A stretch of DNA of 64,000 bases from Alphaproteobacteria bacterium (GTDB taxonomy: Bacteria > Pseudomonadota > Alphaproteobacteria > MPNO01). Shown piece after piece: positions 41,181 to 50,366 of this stretch. A model generated the notes under the pieces. The model had not been told where the DNA came from, ran no database searches, and saw only the letters and a list, made by a program, of their open reading frames with translations. Within the stretch, counting starts at the first letter, position 1. Every line of letters starts with the position of its first letter. Location: contig OZ219866.1 of the NCBI GenBank assembly GCA_964291675.2, forward strand, positions 1,888,001 through 1,952,000, read 5' to 3'. Made by a program: the position numbers and the translations under genes.

Positions 41181-43478
41181 ATGCACCCGCGTTTCTCGAT
41201 CGCCCCGGCCGCAATCCTGCTGCTCGCCGCCTGCGGCGGCGGCGGCTCCACCGTCCAGGCGCCGCCCGCTCGCCCGCCGCCGGCGACTCCCGACCCGGCG
41301 TATCACCTCGGCACGGCGCGCTTCACCACGCACCAGCCCGGCGTGCTGGAGCAGATCGGGGCGCACCACGCCTACGCGCGGGGCCTCTCGGGGCGCGGGG
41401 TGCGGATCGGCATCGAGGACAGCATCGTCGACTACACGCAGCGCGGCGAGTTCGGGAGCCGGGTCAGGCTGCGCGACGCCGACGGCGCGAGTCTGGCGTA
41501 TTCGCGCCCGTTGGGGGATTTTCCCGGCCACGAGATCCAATCCTGCGAAGACCGCCGCACATGCGCGATCTGGGAGGGAAACAGCGAGGACGACGACGAA
41601 GCGCTCAATCGCTGGGTAAGGCGAATCGTGCGGGAGGACGGCTGGCCCACCCGGGACGACAGCGTGTTCGTGCTCGACGAGTATTACCCGCAACGCGGCC
41701 CAGGGCTATTGTTCCGATGGTCGGAATTGCCGACGCCCTACGGTCGGGGGGCGCACGGCACGGTGGTCGCCGCGCTTGCGGCCGGAACCAATCTCGGTGT
41801 CGCGGCGCAAGCCACGATCGTCCCCTTGGCGATCAACCTCACCGACGATCGGCGCGAGGACGCCGTCGCGGGTCGGGTCTTTGAAACCGTCGTCGAGTCG
41901 CTCCGGACCGCGGACCGGCGGGACCTCGATGAGTCGATCGCCCGGGGGGTGCGGGAGGATTATGGGAAATTCGACATCATCAACCGGTCCCATGGAGCGC
42001 GCACCTCTCAGCTTACGATTGCGCAGACCGCTCGACAGGTCGCATGGCTCCAGACGTATCTGCCAAACAGTCTGCGTGCCGAATGGCAGATGGACAGACC
42101 CGATTCCGAGAAGACCGTTGTGGTCTGGGCGGCAGGGAATGACAGCGATCCGGTGCCCGGTCGGGGCGCGGCCCTGCCATACGTCATCCCGGAGCTGCGC
42201 GGACATACGCTCGCGGTCATCGCGACGAACCCGCGGACCGGCGGCATCGCAGGCTATTCCAACCGCTGCGGTTCGCTTCCGCAGGACTGGAGCACCGCCC
42301 GGTACGGGCGGCACTATTGCCTGGCCGCGCCCGGGACCGTGCGGGGCCTCGTGCCCAACCCGAACCGTCCCGGAAGGGGCGACGCGAGAAGCGGGCTGAA
42401 CGGAACCAGCTTCGCCGCGCCCCTCGTCTCCGGCTCGCTCGCGCTGCTGATGGAGCATTTCCGGGGAACGCGCGGAAACACGCAAATCGTCAAGCGCATG
42501 ATCGACACCGCCGACCGGAGCGGGCGGTACGCCGATCTTGAGACTTATGGCGCGGGCCATCTCGATCTCGAGGCGGCGCTGTCGCCGGTCGGCTCGCTCA
42601 GCGCGGGACAATCGGCGCACGCGCTTGGCCGCACGTCGCTCCAGACACCGGCCGCTTTCGGCTCCCTCGCCGACCGCGCCGGCTCCATCGAGCTCGCGAC
42701 GTTCGATGCGCAGGAGTTTCCGTTCTGGGTTCCGCTGTCCGCGCTGGTCTCGCAGGGTGCGGCCGGGCGGTCCCCGATCCCCCGGTTCGGGGAGGCGGAG
42801 GCGTCGCACTCGCCCGCCCCCGGCCTCGACGACCTCGCCCTGCACTGGATGAATGTGGGCGACGATGCAGGCGCGCGAGACCCGGACGGCCGGCAGTGGG
42901 CGATGGGGTTCGGCCGGGCATCGGCAAGCCTCGCGCGCCGGCCGGGCGACGGCGGCTGGGGGTACGGGCTGAGCGTCGACGACGGCGGGCATCTGGGAAC
43001 CGAGGCATCCGGCGCGTTCGGCACCGACCTGCGGTCCGGCACGATGTGGGCCTCGCGTGACGTTTCGCATGAATTGGCGGCCGGGTGGACGCTGAAGGCC
43101 ACCGGGACGGTGGCGCTCAGCCTGCCGCAATACGGCAAGGACGCGATGTTCCGGGCGACCCCCTCCATGCTGACCGCCATGTCGGCGCGAATCGGCACCC
43201 GGACCACGGGGATCGTCGTCGAGCAGCCGCTGCGCGCCGAGACCGGCACCGGCCGGTTCCGGGTCGAGAACGGGCGGATGGAGAACGGGAAACGGCTTGT
43301 TGACGCGTTTCGCGTTCCGCTGCGCCCCGATGGGCGCGAGCTGCGGATGACGCTGCGCCACGACCTGGAGGCGCTGGGCGGGACCGTCGCGATGGAGGCA
43401 GGCGGCGCGGTGCATGCCGGCCATGTCCCGGGCGAGCGCGAAGCGACCGTCGGCGTCGCCTGGCGCGCGACCTGGTGA
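41181..43478 (+). CDS. S8 subtilisin-like serine peptidase lipoprotein with C-terminal beta-rich domain
   Basis: Lipobox LLAAC-GGGG; IEDS, HGT, AGN and GTSFAAP catalytic motifs; ends AWRATW. Confidence 0.85.
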   Translation: MHPRFSIAPAAILLLAACGGGGSTVQAPPARPPPATPDPAYHLGTARFTTHQPGVLEQIGAHHAYARGLSGRGVRIGIEDSIVDYTQRGEFGSRVRLRDADGASLAYSRPLGDFPGHEIQSCEDRRTCAIWEGNSEDDDEALNRWVRRIVREDGWPTRDDSVFVLDEYYPQRGPGLLFRWSELPTPYGRGAHGTVVAALAAGTNLGVAAQATIVPLAINLTDDRREDAVAGRVFETVVESLRTADRRDLDESIARGVREDYGKFDIINRSHGARTSQLTIAQTARQVAWLQTYLPNSLRAEWQMDRPDSEKTVVVWAAGNDSDPVPGRGAALPYVIPELRGHTLAVIATNPRTGGIAGYSNRCGSLPQDWSTARYGRHYCLAAPGTVRGLVPNPNRPGRGDARSGLNGTSFAAPLVSGSLALLMEHFRGTRGNTQIVKRMIDTADRSGRYADLETYGAGHLDLEAALSPVGSLSAGQSAHALGRTSLQTPAAFGSLADRAGSIELATFDAQEFPFWVPLSALVSQGAAGRSPIPRFGEAEASHSPAPGLDDLALHWMNVGDDAGARDPDGRQWAMGFGRASASLARRPGDGGWGYGLSVDDGGHLGTEASGAFGTDLRSGTMWASRDVSHELAAGWTLKATGTVALSLPQYGKDAMFRATPSMLTAMSARIGTRTTGIVVEQPLRAETGTGRFRVENGRMENGKRLVDAFRVPLRPDGRELRMTLRHDLEALGGTVAMEAGGAVHAGHVPGEREATVGVAWRATW

Positions 43479-43482
43479 TCCG

Positions 43483-43779
43483 GTGACCGGGCTTCCCGGG
43501 CCGGCGCTCGGTTGCGCGGCTCTGCTCGCCGCTTCCTGCGTCGCCGCACCGGTCCCGGAACCGCGCCCCGCCGCGCCGGCGCCGGGCCCTCCGGTGGTCC
43601 GCGAGGGCATGGTCCATACCCCGGCGGGCATTGGCCCGCGGGGGTGCGTTCTCTACCGTGTGAGCGTTCCGGGCGGCAAGGCGCCGGCCGCGCTGGTGTA
43701 CCGGAGCACGGACGGCGCGTTCACCTATGACCGTCCGGCCCGATGTGTGAGAAGCGGCGCGTCGGGGGCCTCGCGATGA
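43483..43779 (+). CDS. Small putative lipoprotein
   Basis: GTG 4 nt after the peptidase stop; LLAASC lipobox-like motif, Pro-rich linker, two more Cys. Confidence 0.5.
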   Translation: MTGLPGPALGCAALLAASCVAAPVPEPRPAAPAPGPPVVREGMVHTPAGIGPRGCVLYRVSVPGGKAPAALVYRSTDGAFTYDRPARCVRSGASGASR

Positions 43780-43884
43780 CGCCGCCGCGTGCAGCCGGCG
43801 CTCGGTTCTTCCGTGCCGGCCCGCTTTCCTGGAGACACTTGGAAAGGAGACCCACCGATGCCGCGTAACGCATCCTCAACTACA

Positions 43885-44462
43885 CAAGTCCACTGCTGTC
43901 CGGTTTAGATGCGCTGGATCGGGCGCAAAGCCTTGTTCCGGGCGGGATATCGGCGCATCCGCCGGATCGGGACACGGATCGCCGCACGCCTGCACTTGCC
44001 GTCCCTGCCCCTCCGTTGTCACCCCGGCCTCGTTCCGGGCACCCACGGCCGGGGCGGGCCGCACCCGGCTCCCGTACTCCTCCACCGCCACCCCCACCCC
44101 GTCATGGCCGGACTTGATCCGGCCACCCATGCGCGGACTTGATCCGCGCAACCACTGGCGCCGCCGCCCCTCTCGTCGGACCGTCGTGCGGGCGGAGGGG
44201 CTGCGTGGATGGCCGGATCACCCCCGGACTTGATCCGGGGGCCGGCCATGACGTAGGGGTAACAGCGGGAGCGGAGATGCAGATGCTCACGGGCGCGGAG
44301 CCCGCGTCGAAAATCTAACGGCCGCGGGCCGGGCACCGGACAGCAGTGGATCGAGTCCGGGCATGACGGAAGGGGGCCGGGCATGACGGGGTGGGGCGGG
44401 GCGGCGTTCCCGTCGGCGGTCTCCGCCAGTCGACCGCCCGTCAACCCATCCATATAAGCCCC
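43885..44462. repeat. Repeat cluster inverted relative to 39249..39860 (MITE-2 43891..44348 plus MITE-1 end)
   Basis: TIR CACTGCTGTCCGGTTT at 43891; ACCGGACAGCAGTG at 44335; CGTCAACCCATCCATATAAGCCCC at 44439..44462. Confidence 0.85.
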
Positions 44463-44491
44463 CAAATATATCCCGAATACGCATTTTTCGC

Positions 44492-44520
44492 TTGACATGG
44501 GACACGTTTTGGGGTAGATT
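44492..44520 (+). promoter_or_regulatory. Sigma70-like promoter
   Basis: TTGACA-17 bp-TAGATT. Confidence 0.6.
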
Positions 44521-44608
44521 TGCCACAGTCGCGAAATGGGGCGCCGGAGGTTTCGGCGCCCCTTTCTCGTGCCCGCACCCCTCGCATCGCAGAACGGAGT
44601 ATTGCCCG

Positions 44609-45400
44609 ATGGAAAATCGGCCGATCGGACATCTCGATCCCGTCGACCCCGCGACCGTCTGGAACACCGAGCCGGGCGATTTCGTCCCCTGGCTGATACA
44701 GCCGGCCAATCTGCGCCGTCTCGGCGACGCGCTCGGGCTCGACCTGGAGCCCCTGGCGCGGGAAGCCCCGGTGGGGCGGTTCCGCGCCGACATCGTCTGC
44801 CGCGACCGCCGCAGCGGCGGGCTGGTGGTGATCGAGGCGCAGCTCGGACAGTCCGACCACAGCCATCTCGGCCAGCTCCTGGCCTACGCGGACGGGCTCG
44901 ACGCCGGTGTCGTGGTCTGGCTCGGCAAGGGCTTCTACGACGAGCACCGCGCGGTGCTCGGCCGGCTCAACCGGTCCCGCGACCTCGGCATCCGCTGCTT
45001 CGCCGTGGCGATCGATCTGTGGGAGCTCGGCGGTCCCCTGGCCGCGGCGCAGTTCACCGTGCTCGCCGCGCCCGGCGACTGGCGCGGCCCGGCGGCCGGA
45101 ACGCCCGGCCACCGCCCGGCCCCGGCGAAGGCCGACGCCGCCCGGGCGGGAGCGGCGGATCGCCCGCCGCTGGGCAACCACCCGATACGGATGCGCCGGC
45201 TGGGCCGGGGCCTGACCCTGAAGCAGCTCGCCAGGGCCGCCGGGCTCAGCCCGGCCTGCGTGGCGCATATCGAGACCGGCCGGAACAAGGGTATGCCGAA
45301 GACCCTGGCCGCCATCGAGAGGGCGCTGAACCTGCCGCCCGGCGAGCTCGGCAGATGCGCGCAGCCCGCAACCGGCAGGCGGAAGAAGCCCGCGGCGTGA
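44609..45400 (+). CDS. PD-(D/E)xK-like (NucS/DUF4268-associated) domain fused to XRE HTH
   Basis: RADIVC..VVIEAQLGQSDHSHLGQLLAYA; C-terminal GLTLKQLARAAGLSPACVAHIETG. Confidence 0.7.
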   Translation: MENRPIGHLDPVDPATVWNTEPGDFVPWLIQPANLRRLGDALGLDLEPLAREAPVGRFRADIVCRDRRSGGLVVIEAQLGQSDHSHLGQLLAYADGLDAGVVVWLGKGFYDEHRAVLGRLNRSRDLGIRCFAVAIDLWELGGPLAAAQFTVLAAPGDWRGPAAGTPGHRPAPAKADAARAGAADRPPLGNHPIRMRRLGRGLTLKQLARAAGLSPACVAHIETGRNKGMPKTLAAIERALNLPPGELGRCAQPATGRRKKPAA

Positions 45401-45419
45401 GCGTCGCCGCCGCGCCCCG

Positions 45420-45649
45420 GCCGCCCGTCGTCCCGCAGCGCGCACAGGATGCGGCAGTCGCCGACGCGGCAGCGCCGGTAGCGGCCGGGTTCGGACCCGT
45501 GCAGCGGGGCGCCGGCCCGGCGCGGATCGTCGAGCCGGGCCAGGCGGTCTCGCAGACAGGCGCGGATGCGCGCCGCGCCCGGAGCGCGCGGCGAGCGCCC
45601 GCAACCGGTCGCAGGTGGCGTCGGGCAGACGCGCGGCGGTCTGTTTCAC
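45420..45649 (-). pseudogene. Collapsed RHH antitoxin + RelE/StbE toxin remnant
   Basis: GGAGG + VKQTAARLPDATCDRLRALAARSGR, then ARLDDPRRAGAPLHGSEPGRYRRCRVGDCRILCAL. Confidence 0.6.
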
Positions 45650-45917
45650 GGCGTCCTCCTGCGGTTGACCTGCATGCCACGCGTGCCCGCCCGAGCGGGC
45701 CGCGCTGCGCTGCACGAAGCGGAGAACGCCGCCGGTCCCGGACCGGAAGCCGACGCCATGAGCCGGGCAAGGCCGTGCGGCTTGAAACGGCTGCCGCGCC
45801 CGCCCATGTCGTTCATGCCTCATCTCCTGGCGAGGCGCTCATGGATGACGGCTGCGAGACGGGCGGCACGGGCCGGGGCGGGCGACAGCGTCGTCGGCCA
45901 GTGCGATATTCCGCCCC

Positions 45918-46808
45918 ATGACGCGGCGTTACAGCAAGGCGATCCGGGTGCTGCGCTATCTGACCGCCGCCGTCGTCGGCTACGCGTTGCTGACCGGCGG
46001 ACTGTTTCTCGGCCAGCGCCGGTTGCTCTATTTCCCCGACCGGGCGCCGCCGGATCTGGCGCTCGCGGGTCTCGACGGCATGGCGCCGGCGGCGCTGGCC
46101 ACGGATGACGGCCTGTCGCTCCTAGCGTGGTACGCGCCGGCGCGCGGCACGGGCAAGGCGACGCTGGTCTACTTCCACGGAAACGCGGGACATATCGGCC
46201 ACCGCGCCGGCAAGGTGCGGCCCTATCTCGACGCCGGCCACGGGGTGCTGTTGGTGAGCTGGCGCGGCTACGGCGGCAACGACGGCAGTCCGACCGAGGA
46301 TGGGCTGTATCGCGACGGCCGCGCCGCCTTCGCCTTTCTCGACCGGGCGGGCGTGGTGCCGGAGACGACGATCGTCTACGGCGAGTCGCTCGGCAGCGGC
46401 GTGGCGGTCCAGATGGCGCGGGAACGCCGCGTCGGCGGGGTGGTGCTGGAATCGCCCTATACGTCGATCCCCGCGGTCGCCGCGCACCATTACTGGTACA
46501 TTCCGGCCGCTTCCCTTGTCCGCGACAAGTTCGACTCCCTGTCCAAGATCGGCGGGATCGGCGCCCCGTTGCTGGTCCTTCACGGCGAGCGCGACCGCGT
46601 CGTCCCGGTCGAGTTCGGGCGCGAGCTCTTTGCCGCCGCCAGGGAACCCAAGACGTGGCGCGGCTTCGCGCAAGCCGGTCACGACCTCTACGGGGCCGGC
46701 GCGGCCGACGCGGTGCTCGCCTTCCTGTCCGAGGCCATGGGCAGGCCCGCCGAACCGGACAGCGCGGCCGACAGCGCCCCCGGGCCGGATCCGGCAGCGC
46801 CCCGGTGA
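45918..46808 (+). CDS. Alpha/beta hydrolase (Bem46/ABHD13-like) with N-terminal TM
   Basis: YFHGNAG, WRGYG, GESLG and HGERDRVVP. Confidence 0.88.
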   Translation: MTRRYSKAIRVLRYLTAAVVGYALLTGGLFLGQRRLLYFPDRAPPDLALAGLDGMAPAALATDDGLSLLAWYAPARGTGKATLVYFHGNAGHIGHRAGKVRPYLDAGHGVLLVSWRGYGGNDGSPTEDGLYRDGRAAFAFLDRAGVVPETTIVYGESLGSGVAVQMARERRVGGVVLESPYTSIPAVAAHHYWYIPAASLVRDKFDSLSKIGGIGAPLLVLHGERDRVVPVEFGRELFAAAREPKTWRGFAQAGHDLYGAGAADAVLAFLSEAMGRPAEPDSAADSAPGPDPAAPR

Positions 46809-46933
46809 CCCGCGGGGGCGAAGGGAATGGCCGCGGAGCGCCCCTCAAGCCGCTTTGACAGCGGGAACGATGGCCGGTAACAGCGTCGGGGGAAGGCTCG
46901 GACAAGCCCCGTTCCAAGCCGGAGGCGGAGAAG

Positions 46934-47449
46934 GTGGAAAGGGCGATCTGGCTGTCCTACGACCTCGGGACGAGCGTCGCCTTCCTGAAGAGCTATGAGT
47001 TCGAGCGGAACTTCCTGGAGTCCCTGAAGGCCGATGTCGGCGACGCGGTCACGATGAAGCGGCGCTCGCGCATCTATGTCACGTACAGGGACGACGGCCG
47101 CATGAGAGGCAGTTTCCTGTTCGGAAGGCGCAAGGCCCCGCCCTGGACCGGCTTCGGCGATCGGGCCGAACGGGAATTCGATGAAGACCGACGATCGGAC
47201 CGGAGCGGGTACCGGTCGATTCCGGTTTTGTCTTCGCGCCGTTCAACGAGCGCGACCGGCATCACGCGTCCGCGGGCCGGCTGGCAGGATGGTTGGACCT
47301 GGCGCGGGCCGTCTGGCCATGTCGACGCCGTGCCCTGCAATGTCATCGAAGACGTGAACGCACCGGTGTCCGCAATATTGACGTTCAACGAGCGGGATTT
47401 TCTGGACGTCTGCTTGCAGCACGACATCGAGCTGCTTACCGCCGACTGA
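46934..47449 (+). pseudogene. Fused remnants of a hypothetical gene and a PIN-like C-terminus
   Basis: AIWLSYDLG...FGRRKAPPWTG followed by VDAV..NVIED...ILTFNERDF; looks internally deleted. Confidence 0.4.
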
Positions 47450-47560
47450 GATCGCGCCGACCGCGTTCTCAGGGTTGCGGCGCGGATGTCCGTCTGCCTC
47501 CGGCTTGGCGTCGCGGGCGTCTTCTCCGGACGGGGTTGACCCCCTGGAGTTCTTACCATA

Positions 47561-47579
47561 TGTTACTAAAAAGGTAACA
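47561..47579. promoter_or_regulatory. Putative autoregulatory operator of the TA operon
   Basis: TGTTAC-N7-GTAACA downstream of TTGACC. Confidence 0.5.
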
Positions 47580-47616
47580 ACAAGCTCCTCCGGCAAGATT
47601 ACCCTTCAGGAAACTC

Positions 47617-47964
47617 ATGGAGATCTTCGCCAGGGACAGGAAGCTCGCCGCGGCCCTTGAGCATGAACACGTGTGCAAGCGGCGTTTCGGAGTAGCGATG
47701 TGCAACAAGCTCAGAGTTCGACTGGCAGCTCTCCGAGCGGCGGACTCCCTGGCGACGTTCTGGCCGCCGAACTCGAGACCCGAGCGTTGTCACGAGTTGA
47801 AGGGCGCTCGCGCGGGAACCTTTTCAATCGATCTACAGCAACCGTATCGGCTGTTGTTCAAGCCGATCGAAGAAGAACCGCCAAGAGACCGATCGAACGA
47901 GCAGGAACGCTGGTCGTCGATAACTGAACTGGAAATACTAGGGATTGAGGACACCCATGGCTAG
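47617..47964 (+). CDS. HigB/RelE-like toxin (killer protein)
   Basis: RCHELKGARAGTFSIDLQQPYRLLF...IEDTHG. Confidence 0.8.
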   Translation: MEIFARDRKLAAALEHEHVCKRRFGVAMCNKLRVRLAALRAADSLATFWPPNSRPERCHELKGARAGTFSIDLQQPYRLLFKPIEEEPPRDRSNEQERWSSITELEILGIEDTHG

Positions 47965-49081
47965 CAATGACCGTATTCCCATCGAACCGATGGCGACACC
48001 GCATCCTGGAGAGGTGATCGTCGAGTACCTTGCCTCCCATGGCTGGACCCAACGAGAGCTCGCCCGGCGTACCGGCCTTACACCCAAGACAATCAGCGTG
48101 ATCTGCCGCGCCAAGGCATCGGTCACTGCGACGACAGCCTTGTCGTTGGAGCGGGTCTTCCGGCGTCCGGCGCATTTGTGGCTAAACCTTCAAAGGCAAT
48201 TCGACGAGGCAGAGGCGCGGCAACGGGCGCTTGAAGACTCTGTTCGATGGAAGAATTGGGCGAGTACTTTTCCTCTCCGGGACATGAAAAGGCTCCGGTT
48301 CTCATTGCAGCCAGCCAGCTCCGATGTCGATACGCTGCTCAACTATCTGGGCGTCTCCTCCCCGGATAGTTGGGATGCGGTATGGCAAGACTGTGACATC
48401 GCCTACAGACAGACGCGGCACTTGACCGGGAGCATGGCGTCAATTTCTGCGTGGGTGCGCGAAACCGAGCTGTTGGCCGGGGAGATCCAGACGGAAAATT
48501 ACAACGAGACAGTTCTCCGCTCACTTGTCGAAGAGCTTCGACGGCTCACGACTGAGCGCGTGGACGAGGCTATGGGGGCGGTCCAGGAACTTTGTGCGAA
48601 AGCGGGCGTCGCCGTCGTCCGGGTGCCGCAATTGCCGAATTCGGGAATTAGCGGATGTGCCAGGTGGCTGAACGACACCAAGGCCCTTATCGGCCTTACG
48701 CATCGGTACGAAACCGACGACCAAATGTGGTTTTCCTTTTTCCACGAATTGGGGCACTTGCTGCTGCACAAGAGAATGCGTCCATTTGTTCTCGACAACG
48801 CCGTGGATGACCTGTTCGACAGAATTGTCGATCCAGAGATGGAGAAATTCGAAACGGAGGCCAACCAATTTGCCGCAGATACATTGATTCCTCCCGCAGC
48901 GCTGGACGAGTTCATAAGGCGGAAGACTTTTTCAAACGATGGCATTTGCGATTTTGCACGAACTATGGGTGTGTCTCCAGGAATTGTCGTAGGTCGACTT
49001 CAATATCTTGGACTGCTCGAAGCCTGCCAAGGCAATGCTCTCAAACAGAAACTTGCATGGCACATGGCTGAGGCCGAATGA
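47957..49081 (+). CDS. HigA-like HTH fused to ImmA/IrrE metallopeptidase
   Basis: PHPGEVI..TQRELARR; WFSFFHELGH; EANQFA; lower GC than flanks. Confidence 0.85.
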   Translation: MASNDRIPIEPMATPHPGEVIVEYLASHGWTQRELARRTGLTPKTISVICRAKASVTATTALSLERVFRRPAHLWLNLQRQFDEAEARQRALEDSVRWKNWASTFPLRDMKRLRFSLQPASSDVDTLLNYLGVSSPDSWDAVWQDCDIAYRQTRHLTGSMASISAWVRETELLAGEIQTENYNETVLRSLVEELRRLTTERVDEAMGAVQELCAKAGVAVVRVPQLPNSGISGCARWLNDTKALIGLTHRYETDDQMWFSFFHELGHLLLHKRMRPFVLDNAVDDLFDRIVDPEMEKFETEANQFAADTLIPPAALDEFIRRKTFSNDGICDFARTMGVSPGIVVGRLQYLGLLEACQGNALKQKLAWHMAEAE

Positions 49082-49323
49082 GCACGACTCTTGACGGTCG
49101 CGCGCCGGCGGCCCGAACTGTCAGGTGATTACCGTCCCACTACATGCGAAGGATCGGTATCCGGGTCCCAACCCCGGCTTGGGGTCGTGTCCCCGGACGA
49201 GGTGCAGGCGTTCCGGGTTCGGTTGGCAGCCGTGGGCAAATGACCCGCCGCGGCGACCGTCGTGAATGTGGCGGCGAGGCGTTCCTGGATACGCCCCGGG
49301 CTCGATCCGGCGCCGTATCGAAG

Positions 49324-50018
49324 GGGGCTTATGCCGAATACTTGACGGGCGGGTGGCCAACGACACTTCTTCCGTCATGCCCGGCCCCCGGATCGAGTCC
49401 GGGGGTGACGAGGGGGGTACATGACGAGGTGGGGCAGCATGGAAGCATGGGGAGCGTTCGGGCGCTCGGGCACGACGCCGGGGTTCGCCGGCGGGCACGC
49501 CGCAGATCGCGCCGCGCGGCCGCGCCGCTCCCCGTGACGCCCGGCCCCCGCTCCTTCTCCCCGTTACTCCACCGACTCCCCCGCTACTCCCCCCGTCATG
49601 CCCGGACTTGATCCACTGCTGTCCGGTTTAGCCTTCGACGCGCGTCGCGCCCGGCGTTTCCCGTCCCATCACCATGCCTCCCCCCATCGTCATGCCCGGA
49701 CTTGATCCGGGCATCCACTGGCGCCGCCGCTCCTCCCGACGGGGCGTTGTACCGGTGGCGCCAGTTGTTGCGCGGATCAAGTCCGCGCATGGGTGGCCGG
49801 ATCAAGTCCGGCCATGACGGGGTGGGGGTCGCGGTGCAGGAGTACGGGAGCCGGGTGCGGCCCGCCCCGGCCGTGGGTGCCCGGAACGAGGCCGGGGTGA
49901 CAACGGAGGGGCAGAGACGGCAAGTGCGGGCGTGCGGCGATCCGTGTCCCGATCCGGCGGATGCGCCGATATCCCGCCCGGAACAAGGCTTTGTGCCCAG
50001 TCCAGCTCACATAAACCG
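49324..50018. repeat. Repeat cluster: MITE-1 left end, REP-B copies and a MITE-2 (from 49614) interrupted by IS110
   Basis: TATCGAAG|GGGGCTTATGCCGAATACTTGACG; TIR at 49614; right TIR split at 50018/51922. Confidence 0.85.
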
Positions 50019-50366
50019 TCATGGTCTCGGCGGTGCTGAGCCACCCCGTGGCATGAAACTCGGGGCGTTCGGCTGAGGGTTTGCCGATCGTCGCGCGGGT
50101 CTGCCGTGGCAGGATGGGAATGGTGGAGGCGGCGACGCGTGAGCGTTCCGTTTATCGGTGATGTGGTTCCCGAGATATAAACTGCTTCCGGCGGTCGGCT
50201 CCGCACCCCGTACTGTGCCCGGCCCGCGGCCGTGGACGCGCGGCAAATCGAACCGCACCCGCTCGACGGGTGCGTGTCCTTCCGACCGCTGTCCCCGCCT
50301 CCACCGTGGCGATGCCACGGCGCGATCCTACGCCGCCGTGGCGAGAGCGCAACGAGGAGGACAGCG
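50019..50366 (+). ncRNA. Candidate IS110 bridge RNA region
   Basis: Long structured non-coding left end; hairpin GCACCCG-CTCGA-CGGGTGC flanked by target-like AATCGAACC and TGTCC. Confidence 0.5.

Noticed and set aside
45641-45652. 12-bp match CTGTTTCACGGC to the IS110 right end
   Set aside because: Overlaps the start of the antitoxin remnant, has no target context and is short enough to be chance
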